Assembly: GCA_003536295.1 (NCBI GenBank)
Contig: DPZQ01000102.1
Span: 3,004-38,021, forward strand
Reading direction: 5' to 3'
DNA from: Rhodobacter sp.
Lineage (GTDB): Bacteria > Pseudomonadota > Alphaproteobacteria > Rhodobacterales > Rhodobacteraceae
Length of the DNA: 35,018 nucleotides
The position numbers and the translations under genes are program-made. This document shows positions 16,170 to 24,876 of the stretch, in pieces (within the stretch, counting starts at the first letter, position 1; every line of letters begins with the position of its first letter). The notes under the pieces were generated by a model. It searched no databases and was not told the origin of the DNA. It saw only the letters and a list, made by a program, of their open reading frames with translations.

Positions 16170-19085
16170 TTATGCTGCGCTAATTTTGCAAAGTGTGGCT
16201 TTGGTCTCTTGCATCAATGTTACCGAGTCATACCCATAGGTCTGCGCGGTATTTGAGGCTTCTCCCAAAACATATGGATCCGCCCCTTTGGGGTAAACGC
16301 TTCTTCGGTCTTCGCCTTGGAAGTGGCCGCCGAAGTGGAATGGCATGAAGGCAACGCCCGCACCCACCCGTTCGGTCACCATAGCCATGACTTTGACTTT
16401 GCCACCCTCCGGACCTTCGACCCAAACCTGTTCGCCGTCACGTATGCCCAAATCATTGGCATCGCGTGTGTTGATCTCAACGAACATATCTTGCTGAAGT
16501 TCGGCCAACCATGGGTTTGACCGTGATTCATCTCCACCACCTTCATATTCAACCAAGCGACCTGAGGTCAGAATGATGGGGTAATCTTTGCTAAAGTCTT
16601 TGGCCTGGATTGACGCAAACATTGTTGGAAGACGATAAAGTTTGCGGTCTGAGTAAGTGGGATAATCTTCCACCAGATCGCGGCGGTTGGTGTAAAGCGG
16701 TTCGCGGTGTAACGGCACTGGATCTGGGAAGGTCCAAACCACAGCCCGTGCTTTGGCGTTGCCAAAAGGTGCGCAACCATGTTTGATTGCAACGCGCTGG
16801 ATGCCGCCAGAAAGGTCAGTTTTCCAGTTTGTTTTGACGCCAGCAACTTTGTCAATTGCCGCACGCTCATCCGCTGTGAGATCACCATCCCAACCCAAGT
16901 CAATCAGCATCTGCATCGTGAACTCTGGGTAACCATCAGTCAGCTCTGCACCTGGGTTTGACACTCCTTCGGCTAACAGATTGTCACCATTCCGTTCAAC
17001 ACCGTAACGTGCGCGGAAGGGTAATCCTCCTTCTGCTACAGGTTTGTTGATATCATAAAGGTTTGGTGTGCCTGGGTGACCCATTTCTGGGGTGCCCCAA
17101 CAGGGCCAAGGTAGGCCATAATATTCGCCATCAGCAGGGCCGCCAACCGCTTTCAACGTTGTTCTGTCAAAGGTATGTTGATTGGCCATATGAAGCTTGA
17201 TGCGCTCGGGGCTTTGGCCAGTATAGCCAACAGTCCACATTCCGCGGTTAAATTCGCGGGTTATGTCCTCTACCACGGGCTCATCGCCTTCTATTGCGAT
17301 ATTGCGGAACAAACGATCGGTGAAGCCAAATTTATCGGCAAACATTTTGATGATCGTATGGTCAGGCTTGCATTCGAACAAAGGTGCAACTACTTGGTCG
17401 CGCCACTGGAGCGAGCGATTAGAGGCGGTTACAGAACCACGGGTTTCGAACTGTGTCGCTGCAGGCAGCAAATAAACACCGTCTGTACGGTCATGCATAG
17501 CGGCCGCTACGGTTGGGTATGGGTCAATAACCACCAACATATCCAGTTTTTCCATCGCGGTTTTCATTTCGGTGCCGCGAGTTTGCGAGTTAGCGGCATG
17601 CCCCCAAAGAACCATGGCCCGAACATTGTCGTTTTGGTCCATATTGTCTTTGTTTTCAAGGACGCCATCGATCCAGCGCGAAACAGGAATACCGTTGGTA
17701 TTCATCAAGCTGATTGGCTTACCGTCGCCGTCAAGTGCATCATTTCCGTCAGCACCTTTCAGATTGACGAAACGACCCTTGAGCCAGTCAAGATCTTCTT
17801 GCCAAACGCGCGCCCAATGTGCCCATGAGCCGGCGGCGAGGCCGTAGTAGCCTGGCAAGTCATGTGAAAGAACGCCGAGATCAGTTGCACCTTGTACGTT
17901 ATCATGGCCGCGGAAAATATTTGTGCCACCGCCGGATACGCCCATATTGCCCAAGGCCAACTGCAATACGCAATAAGCGCGGGTATTGTTGTTTCCGTTG
18001 GTGTGCTGTGTGCCACCCATACACCAAATAACGGTTCCAGGGCGGTTGTTTGCTAAGGTGCGCGCAACACGCTCAAGCTGTTCCCCCGGCACGCCTGTGA
18101 CGCGCTCAGTTTCGGCGGGGTTCCATTTGGCAACTTCTTCCCTGATTTGATCCATTCCCCAGACGCGGCTGCGGATAAAGTCACGGTCTTCCCAGCCATT
18201 TTCAAAGATGTGCCACAAAATGCCCCAAATCAAAGCTACATCTGAACCTGGGCGCATTCTAACATATTCGTCAGCGTGTGCTGCTGTGCGCGTAAATCTT
18301 GGATCACAAACGATCAAAGGCGCGTTATTTTCTTCTTTGGCTTTGAGCATATGCAGCAATGAAACGGGGTGTGCTTCTGCGGGGTTTCCACCGATCAAGA
18401 ATATCGCTTTTGAGTTATGAATATCGTTATAGCTGTTTGTCATGGCGCCGTAGCCCCATGTATTGGCCACGCCAGCAACGGTAGTCGAGTGACAAATACG
18501 TGCTTGGTGGTCCACGTTGTTGGTACCCCAATAAGCTGCAAATTTGCGGAACAAATAGGCCTGCTCATTATTATGTTTTGCGCTGCCTAGCCAATAAACC
18601 GAGTCAGGGCCGCTTTCATCACGGATCTTGAGCATTTCTGCGCTGATCTCACTGATGGCATCTTCCCAGCTCATACGGATCCATTCGCCAGCGACTTTTT
18701 TCATAGGATATTTAAGGCGGCGTTCGCCATGCGCATGTTCACGCACCGCAGCCCCTTTTGCGCAATGCGCCCCAAGGTTGAACGGGCTGTCATAGCCGGG
18801 CTCTTGACCGACCCATACACCGTTGCGCACTTCTGCAATAACGGTGCAACCCACTGAGCAGTGGGTACAGATTGATTTGATGGTTTCCATCATAGCGTCT
18901 GATGACGCAGTGGTTGCAGCCCGCGCTACAGTGCCGCCCATTGCACCAATAGCCGCAAGGCCACCGATGGTAAGGCCCGATCCACGCAGGAACGAACGGC
19001 GGTCAACTGATTTCTCAGCCACGCTATTAAGGAATGCGGGGCGATGTGCCGAACTGGCTATTCCGTTAGTTTTTTTTCTGAGCAT
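16170..19085 (-). CDS. formate dehydrogenase catalytic (alpha) subunit, molybdopterin/tungstopterin, Tat-exported, Cys-type
   Basis: Twin-arginine leader DRRSFLRGSGLTIGGLAAIGA, [4Fe-4S] motif CTHCSVGCTV, and an active-site segment HQARICHSTTV with Cys where FdnG carries Sec. There is no in-frame TGA. Confidence 0.9.
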   Translation of the reverse strand: MLRKKTNGIASSAHRPAFLNSVAEKSVDRRSFLRGSGLTIGGLAAIGAMGGTVARAATTASSDAMMETIKSICTHCSVGCTVIAEVRNGVWVGQEPGYDSPFNLGAHCAKGAAVREHAHGERRLKYPMKKVAGEWIRMSWEDAISEISAEMLKIRDESGPDSVYWLGSAKHNNEQAYLFRKFAAYWGTNNVDHQARICHSTTVAGVANTWGYGAMTNSYNDIHNSKAIFLIGGNPAEAHPVSLLHMLKAKEENNAPLIVCDPRFTRTAAHADEYVRMRPGSDVALIWGILWHIFENGWEDRDFIRSRVWGMDQIREEVAKWNPAETERVTGVPGEQLERVARTLANNRPGTVIWCMGGTQHTNGNNNTRAYCVLQLALGNMGVSGGGTNIFRGHDNVQGATDLGVLSHDLPGYYGLAAGSWAHWARVWQEDLDWLKGRFVNLKGADGNDALDGDGKPISLMNTNGIPVSRWIDGVLENKDNMDQNDNVRAMVLWGHAANSQTRGTEMKTAMEKLDMLVVIDPYPTVAAAMHDRTDGVYLLPAATQFETRGSVTASNRSLQWRDQVVAPLFECKPDHTIIKMFADKFGFTDRLFRNIAIEGDEPVVEDITREFNRGMWTVGYTGQSPERIKLHMANQHTFDRTTLKAVGGPADGEYYGLPWPCWGTPEMGHPGTPNLYDINKPVAEGGLPFRARYGVERNGDNLLAEGVSNPGAELTDGYPEFTMQMLIDLGWDGDLTADERAAIDKVAGVKTNWKTDLSGGIQRVAIKHGCAPFGNAKARAVVWTFPDPVPLHREPLYTNRRDLVEDYPTYSDRKLYRLPTMFASIQAKDFSKDYPIILTSGRLVEYEGGGDESRSNPWLAELQQDMFVEINTRDANDLGIRDGEQVWVEGPEGGKVKVMAMVTERVGAGVAFMPFHFGGHFQGEDRRSVYPKGADPYVLGEASNTAQTYGYDSVTLMQETKATLCKISAA

Positions 19086-19141
19086 TGCTCTCTCCCATAA
19101 TGCGGCGGCTTTTGCCGTCGGTTAGGTTAGGTCTGTTTCGC

Positions 19142-19333
19142 TTAAAAGCGTGCGGATTTGTAATAGGATTGCACGTGTAATGTGTCGCGCATGCCGCTGC
19201 CTTGGTTCAGCGTAGTTTCTGCTAAGGCGGCATCAGCGCCGGCAACTGTCGCTACTACTGCGACTGGTACCGTTGTTGCGATTTTTAAAAAATCGCGACG
19301 ATTTGATTTTTTTTCTCCTGATGAATTAGTCAT
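19142..19333 (-). CDS. small twin-arginine protein of formate dehydrogenase regions (formate dehydrogenase region TAT target family)
   Basis: A 63-aa protein with an NRRDFLKIATTVPVAVVATVAGADAALA Tat signal, located directly upstream of the alpha subunit. Confidence 0.7.
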   Translation of the reverse strand: MTNSSGEKKSNRRDFLKIATTVPVAVVATVAGADAALAETTLNQGSGMRDTLHVQSYYKSARF

Positions 19334-19423
19334 TCAAAAGTCCTTTCTTATGCGGACAAGCCGCGGGTTGGTTTTTGCGGCCTGGACCGCGGGTCGATAT
19401 GGGGCGATGCGCCCCCTGATCTT

Positions 19424-20035
19424 TTAGTCAGCAGTTATTCTAAAGGCTTCTTTTTCAATCGCCATAAAGTGGCGACCAATGGCCCCGATTGGCGCAAAGA
19501 ATAGAGATCCCTCCGCACCTTCGAGGTCAGTAAAGAAATGCCCTGCCCAAGGTGCTATGTGGCGGTTAAAGAAGGTCTTTTGTTGCGATAGGCTTACGAC
19601 TTCACCAAAGCGACCCATGATAAGGCCAGACATCATTTCAAGAACACTGGCAATATTATCTTCTGGCTCATAGATATTTTCAGCGCGCACGATGCTGTTT
19701 TTGGCCATGTCGTCGCGTAAGAGCGCAAGTGGCTTTTCATTTAAGAAACCTGTCATATAATAGCTACCATAGGGCAAAAGCTCTCCGCGGCCCAAACCAA
19801 TGAACAGCGCATTAAATTCACGCTCAACAGATTTCACCGAGCTTTGCACCGCCAGTTTGGCCAGAGTGCCAATTGCACGCCCCAGGTCTGTTTCATCGCC
19901 CGAAAGTTTAGCCGTTTTATCCAACAAAGCCTTGTTGGCTGGTCGAGCAAGTAGGGCGCTTAGAAAGTCATAAAGGTCAGCGCGCAGCTGATCTTCTTCG
20001 GTAATGACTTGGGTGGAATGGGCTGCTTGTGTCAT
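19424..20035 (-). CDS. TorD/DmsD-family redox-enzyme maturation chaperone
   Basis: About 200 aa, helical, with the LYDFLSALL...LF motif pattern of TorD-like chaperones. It sits upstream of a Tat-dependent molybdoenzyme, and its start overlaps the previous stop. Confidence 0.65.
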   Translation of the reverse strand: MTQAAHSTQVITEEDQLRADLYDFLSALLARPANKALLDKTAKLSGDETDLGRAIGTLAKLAVQSSVKSVEREFNALFIGLGRGELLPYGSYYMTGFLNEKPLALLRDDMAKNSIVRAENIYEPEDNIASVLEMMSGLIMGRFGEVVSLSQQKTFFNRHIAPWAGHFFTDLEGAEGSLFFAPIGAIGRHFMAIEKEAFRITAD

Positions 20036-20688
20036 GCTTGGCTTTCTAAGGCGTAGTCAAAATTAAACCGCATATGACGACGGCTGGTCAATTTTTGCGT
20101 GGTTTGAGCCGCATCTTCGGGTTCAAACTCTTCACCTGATAAGACTAGTGCCTCATCCTCAATAAACGTTTCTTGTGACATAACTTCGGGATTAGCAAGC
20201 TTTTCTTGTGCGGGCTCAAGGTCCTCGTCCGCCACTTCATCCTGTGTAGTAGCAGCAGCTTTTTCTTCAGCTTGGCTTATCAAGGCCTCGACATGTTTTA
20301 GCATGCCTTTTCCCACCACATAGGCCGACTTCATTCCCTCAAAGGTGACTGCAGCGTCTGTATAGTCTTCACCGTGATCTACTAAACCGTCAAGATTGGC
20401 CAAAACAGGGTTGCTGCGCCAAAGCGTACGCAGAGCGCGTCGGCGCAAACGGTCGGGAACGGCTTTTTGCATAAAGACGCTAAAATCATCACCCATTTTC
20501 AACGTGTCTGGATTGGGCAGCTCAAGTTCAGCCAACAGCTCCTCATCGGTTTTTTCGGAAATTGCTTTTTCTTGCGCGACTTTCTCTACTGCTTGTGCTT
20601 CAGCCTCAATCGCCAGTTTGGCTGCCAACTCTTCAGAGGCAACGGCTTTGCGACGGCGCGACCAGAATGTATCTTGGGCTTGAGCCAT
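20032..20688 (-). CDS. DUF3306-like protein (uncharacterised, acidic, probably disordered)
   Basis: N-terminal FWSRRRKAV motif, as I recall it for DUF3306, followed by an E/D/A-rich sequence. The ATG at 20688 overlaps the upstream stop (TGATG); GTG 20691 is an alternative. The family name is from memory and needs HMM confirmation. Confidence 0.55.
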   Translation of the reverse strand: MAQAQDTFWSRRRKAVASEELAAKLAIEAEAQAVEKVAQEKAISEKTDEELLAELELPNPDTLKMGDDFSVFMQKAVPDRLRRRALRTLWRSNPVLANLDGLVDHGEDYTDAAVTFEGMKSAYVVGKGMLKHVEALISQAEEKAAATTQDEVADEDLEPAQEKLANPEVMSQETFIEDEALVLSGEEFEPEDAAQTTQKLTSRRHMRFNFDYALESQA

Positions 20689-21248
20689 CACTGCACCACG
20701 TCAATGCTACGCGGAGCGCGGTACACGTCAGACAATTGTCGAATGCGTGCGTCGCCTTTACCATCATCTTTGGTGTCGATATTCTTGCGGTCGCGTTTGC
20801 GCTTAACAAAGACTTCTTCTACGTGATGTTGATCGCAAAATGCTTGGATTACAGCGATCAGCCCTTCGGGCATAGGCACCAGTTCAATCAGTCCGTCACC
20901 ACTGTCCATATAGTCTTGCCCATCATATGCCGATGCCGTGACAAAAGTTGGCACAAACGGGACCGCAGCGGTTTCATCTTCAGTTTCACGCATTACCACG
21001 ACCAACCCCGGTACTTTGGCCGATATGGTTACCTTATAGGCTTCAGTGTCTGATGACCAAAGATCCAAAGGCAGGGTCGCTGCATGATATTCAATAGTGT
21101 CGCCTTCGCTACGCATCTCACGCCACTGTGCGGGACCAGCGCCCGGAAGAACAGCAACGACTTGCCATACCCACTTAGCCCAGCGCGTCACACCCGGTGT
21201 GCGGCGCACTACAATGCCGACAGGTATCGTTTGTCTGGCTAATGGCAC
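20688..21248 (-). CDS. DUF3305-like protein (uncharacterised)
   Basis: A 186-aa protein with a GTG start preceded by GGGGAGAG. It is the first gene of the FDH operon and is paired with a DUF3306-like gene, as I recall for other proteobacterial FDH loci. The family name is from memory. Confidence 0.5.
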   Translation of the reverse strand: MPLARQTIPVGIVVRRTPGVTRWAKWVWQVVAVLPGAGPAQWREMRSEGDTIEYHAATLPLDLWSSDTEAYKVTISAKVPGLVVVMRETEDETAAVPFVPTFVTASAYDGQDYMDSGDGLIELVPMPEGLIAVIQAFCDQHHVEEVFVKRKRDRKNIDTKDDGKGDARIRQLSDVYRAPRSIDVVQ

Positions 21249-21577
21249 TTGCTCTCCCCGCGGTAGATTCTTCTTCCACTCTCAATCTTAATCATACGAA
21301 ATTGCCCGCGACAAAGAAAAAAACAGCAATTTGGGTGATTTTTCCAAAAAATCGTCAATTGGTGGACATTTTGGGTCATATGGTGTTATTGGAAACTTAA
21401 AATATAAGACATTTTGTCTTTTTCATAATAAATACTGCTTGTCTTTGGTGCTGTCTGGTTAATCAATCTTACCAATTGAGATAAAAGCGCTATTTTAATC
21501 TTTACCACTCTTCTGTTTGATGGATAGTGTAGTGTGCAAAGTGAAGCCCGTTTCAGATGCTGGGCAAAGGAGTTTAG
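21249..21577. promoter_or_regulatory. 329-bp AT-rich divergent control region between the FDH operon and the polyferredoxin operon
   Basis: No ORF is present, and the region is clearly more AT-rich than its flanks. It contains one GANTC (21266-21270), small palindromes (AAGAC-N5-GTCTT at about 21406-21420) and AAGGAG (21567-21572) before the ATG at 21578. The promoters themselves were not identified. Confidence 0.6.
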
Positions 21578-23533
21578 ATGAAAAAACGATTGGTGCTCTG
21601 CGATTGCCAAAAAACCCAAATTCTGGACGTCGATATTTTGAGTGCTGCGTCAGGATTTGAATGTTCGCGCGTCTTTACGGGCCTTTGCACACATCAATTA
21701 CCCGAGGCTCAAAAGCTTATCGCCGAAGGCAACGTGTTACTGGCATGTGGTCAAGAAACTGCCCGCTTTTCGGAATTGGCTGCCGATATTGGCGCGGATG
21801 AGCCCGATTTTATCGATTTACGCGACCGAGCAGGTTGGAGCGATGACACCAATGCGGCGCCCAAAATGGCGGCCCTTTTGGTGGATCATTTGCGGCCTGC
21901 ACCCCAGGTCAAAACCCGCGATGTCGAATCGCACGGCATGTGTTTGATTATTGGTTCTTCTAGCCATGTGTTTGAAGCTGCAGCACAATTAGCGCAAAGT
22001 CTTTCTGTGACCGTTTTGTTAACCGACCAAAAAGTTGACCTACCACTAACTCGCGATTATGAGGTGGTGGCGGGCAAAGTACGCAATGTCGCGGGCAGTT
22101 TTGGACGGTTTGAGCTGGTTATCGACGCGTTCCAATCTCTTGACCCATCTGGGCGTGGGGCCATGCGTCTGACCGTGCCACGTGACGGGGCACACACTCA
22201 GTGTGACCTGATCCTAGACTTGTCAGGTGAGGTGGCTTTGTTCCTGGCCCCCCATAAACGTGATGGCTATTTGCGCGCTGACCCAAAAAGCATGCCCGCT
22301 GTCGCACTAGTGGTTGCCCAGGCCGCCCAAATGGTGGGGACGTTTGAAAAGACCGTCTTTTTAAACTTTGAAGAACATCTCTGTGCCCATTCGAGGGCGT
22401 CCCAAAAAGGATGTAATCGCTGTTTAGACATATGCCCAACAGGCGCGATCATGTCTTTAGGTGAACATGTTGAAATTGACCCGATGATTTGTGCGGGTTG
22501 CGGCGCTTGTGCGGCGCTATGCCCGTCGGGGGCGATCACCTATGATGCGCCAAAAGCCTCTGACATTGTTAAAAGAATTGGCGCTATGGCTCAAGCCTAC
22601 AATAAAGCAGGCGGAACGGCTGCGCGCCTATTGGTCCATGATGATCATGGCGCTGAAATGATCAGCCTGGCCGCGCGATTTGACAAAGGTCTGCCCGCTG
22701 ACGTTATACCAATGCATGTGTCTGCGCTCTTGTCGGTTGGCCATGCTGAGATTTTGGCCGCATTGACCTCAGGTTTTGTGCATGTTGATATTTTACTGGC
22801 TCCAACCAGCGAGAAAGAAACGATCGATTTCGAAATTGCCCTAGCGGTTGCAATTGGTGCTTCGGGACGCGTTGGGCTTTTAGATATTTCTGATCCTTCA
22901 GATCTGTCCAAAGCGCTTTACGGCGTAAAGACAAGTGCGCTTGATTTTGATCCTATTTTGGCCTTGGGCAATCGCCGCCAAGTCACCCGTTTATCCGCTC
23001 AGGCCCTTAATCCCAACACAGAGCTTCCTTTGGCATTGCCCGAAGGTGCGCCTTATGGGGCGGTTTTGGTTAATACCGATAGCTGCACGCTGTGCCTGTC
23101 TTGCGTGTCGCTATGCCCCTCCGGAGCGCTGCTTGATAATCCCGATATGCCGCAGCTACGCTTTCAAGAAGATGCCTGTTTGCAATGTGGAATCTGTGCC
23201 TCGGCCTGTCCGGAAGATGCGATCACATTGGTGCCGCAGCTTGATATCAGCGCAATCGCCTTGGGCCAGCGCGTGTTGAACGAGGAAGAACCCTTCTGCT
23301 GCGTTGAATGCGGGGCAGCATTTGGGGTGAAATCAACAGTTGAAAAGATTTTAAAAAAACTAGACGGTAAACATTCCATGTTCGCCGAAGGCGGCGCAGG
23401 GCGGATCATTCAAATGTGTGATAAATGCCGCGTGAATGCGCAATTTCACCGCGAAAACAACCCCTTATCGGGGGGAGAGCGCCCGCGCATGCGCACCACA
23501 GAAGATTACCTAAGCAAACGGCGCGACCATTAA
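21578..23533 (+). CDS. 651-aa cytoplasmic polyferredoxin (two 2x[4Fe-4S] ferredoxin modules plus C-terminal Cys4 ribbon-like motif)
   Basis: Cys motifs C-x10-CNRCLDICP, CAGCGACAALCP, CTLCLSCVSLCP, CLQCGICASACP, and a terminal CCVECG...CDKCR. A strong AAGGAG RBS is present and there is no signal peptide. Confidence 0.8.
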   Translation: MKKRLVLCDCQKTQILDVDILSAASGFECSRVFTGLCTHQLPEAQKLIAEGNVLLACGQETARFSELAADIGADEPDFIDLRDRAGWSDDTNAAPKMAALLVDHLRPAPQVKTRDVESHGMCLIIGSSSHVFEAAAQLAQSLSVTVLLTDQKVDLPLTRDYEVVAGKVRNVAGSFGRFELVIDAFQSLDPSGRGAMRLTVPRDGAHTQCDLILDLSGEVALFLAPHKRDGYLRADPKSMPAVALVVAQAAQMVGTFEKTVFLNFEEHLCAHSRASQKGCNRCLDICPTGAIMSLGEHVEIDPMICAGCGACAALCPSGAITYDAPKASDIVKRIGAMAQAYNKAGGTAARLLVHDDHGAEMISLAARFDKGLPADVIPMHVSALLSVGHAEILAALTSGFVHVDILLAPTSEKETIDFEIALAVAIGASGRVGLLDISDPSDLSKALYGVKTSALDFDPILALGNRRQVTRLSAQALNPNTELPLALPEGAPYGAVLVNTDSCTLCLSCVSLCPSGALLDNPDMPQLRFQEDACLQCGICASACPEDAITLVPQLDISAIALGQRVLNEEEPFCCVECGAAFGVKSTVEKILKKLDGKHSMFAEGGAGRIIQMCDKCRVNAQFHRENNPLSGGERPRMRTTEDYLSKRRDH

Positions 23534-23596
23534 CGCGCTTGCCAAGACAAACGAAATAAAGACCAACTTGTTGGTCAATAAAATAAAGGATACCTT

Positions 23597-23797
23597 ATGG
23601 ATGACGAGTCAAACATTGCGCTGCGCAAATTCCTTAAGCAAGTGGGCGTCACCTCACAACAAGCCATAGAGGAGGCGCTGCGCGCCGCAGGCGATCATGC
23701 CGCAGGGCAAGAGTTTGTCGCAACCATGACCTTGACGGTCAAGGGCCTAGACCTTGAACATCAAGTGACAGGCACAGTCAAAGGACCTGCAAAATGA
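23597..23797 (+). CDS. 66-aa conserved hypothetical protein (DUF6494-like)
   Basis: The motif RKFLKQVGVTSQQAIEEAL matches my recollection of DUF6494. AAGGA lies 6 nt upstream, and the stop overlaps the next start (ATGA). Confidence 0.55.
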   Translation: MDDESNIALRKFLKQVGVTSQQAIEEALRAAGDHAAGQEFVATMTLTVKGLDLEHQVTGTVKGPAK

Positions 23798-24876
23798 GTG
23801 TGACCCGCGATCTGGTTCTTGAGCAGCTTAAAACCGTTCTAAACCCCCTCAATGGCAAAGATATCGTCTCGGCGGGTATGGTCAAAGCCCTGACCGTTGA
23901 CGAGGGCGTTGTACGCTTTGTTTTAGAAATTGATCCCGCCCGCGCTAAAGCGATGGAAGCTGCCCGCGCAGAAGCAGAAACTAAAATCAAAGCTTTGGGC
24001 GCTACCAGCGTCTCTATCGTTATGACCGCCCATGCCGCTGCTCCACCACCGCCTGACCTAAAAGGGGGGGGGCATGGCCATGCGCATGGTGCTGCGAAAG
24101 CCACAGGCCCTGAAAAAATACCAGGTGTTGATCGCATTATTGCAATTGCCTCCGGCAAAGGCGGGGTTGGTAAATCAACAGTAGCAGCTAATTTGGCCAC
24201 TGCCCTTGCCGCAGAAGGTCGACGGGTGGGTTTACTTGACGCTGATGTTTATGGACCTTCGCAACATAGAATGCTGGGTATCACCGGGCGTCCTGCCTCG
24301 CCTGACGGCAAAACCATTTTGCCTTTGCGCAACCATGGCGTAACTTTGATGTCTCTAGGTCTGATGACGCAAGAAGATGAAGCCGTTGTCTGGCGTGGAC
24401 CCATGTTGATGGGGGCCTTGCAGCAGATGTTGTTTCAAGTGCAATGGGGCGCTTTGGATATCCTGATCGTTGATTTGCCACCTGGAACGGGTGACGTGCA
24501 AATGACCCTAACCCAAAAGGCGCAGGTTGATGGCGCGATCATCGTGTCAACACCGCAGGATATTGCATTGCTAGATGCCCGTAAAGGCATTGATATGTTT
24601 AACAAGATGAACACACCGATAATTGGCTTGATAGAAAATATGTCGACTCATATTTGTTCAAATTGCGGCCATATTGAACACATTTTCGGCCATGGCGGCG
24701 TCACAAAAGAAGCCAAAAAGCTAGGTGCGCCTTTGTTGGCCGAAATACCGCTGCATATCGATATCCGCACGACCTCGGACGGCGGAGCGCCTATCGTTGT
24801 GTCTCGCTCAAATTCCGAGCAGGCGGAGATTTTTCGAACACTGGCGCGTCATTTGATTGCAACAGGACAAGCATGA
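23794..24876 (+). CDS. apbC: Mrp/NBP35/ApbC-family Fe-S cluster carrier ATPase
   Basis: N-terminal DUF59-like domain, deviant Walker A SGKGGVGKST, and a CSNCGH CxxC cluster-bridging motif. It has an unusual PPPPDLKGGGHGHAHG linker. Confidence 0.85.
   Translation: MSVTRDLVLEQLKTVLNPLNGKDIVSAGMVKALTVDEGVVRFVLEIDPARAKAMEAARAEAETKIKALGATSVSIVMTAHAAAPPPPDLKGGGHGHAHGAAKATGPEKIPGVDRIIAIASGKGGVGKSTVAANLATALAAEGRRVGLLDADVYGPSQHRMLGITGRPASPDGKTILPLRNHGVTLMSLGLMTQEDEAVVWRGPMLMGALQQMLFQVQWGALDILIVDLPPGTGDVQMTLTQKAQVDGAIIVSTPQDIALLDARKGIDMFNKMNTPIIGLIENMSTHICSNCGHIEHIFGHGGVTKEAKKLGAPLLAEIPLHIDIRTTSDGGAPIVVSRSNSEQAEIFRTLARHLIATGQA

Noticed and set aside
16170-19085. Possible selenocysteine (in-frame TGA plus SECIS) in either FDH catalytic subunit.
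   Set aside because: Both reading frames are uninterrupted, and the active-site position reads Cys (ARICHS and TRLCHA). These are Cys-type enzymes.
21243-21248. TGGCAC hexamers resembling a sigma-54 -24 element, here and at 32923-32928.
   Set aside because: Neither has a GC dinucleotide at the required GG-N10-GC spacing; the positions read CC and AA. The first sits on the start codon of the DUF3305-like gene and points the wrong way. The local regulator also lacks GAFTGA.
21355-21479. An inverted 9-mer, TCAATTGGT and ACCAATTGA, 107 bp apart, as a possible regulator binding-site pair.
   Set aside because: In 329 bp, one 9-mer match in either orientation is about what chance would give, and its core is the self-complementary CAATTG. 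I kept it only as a note within the control-region finding.
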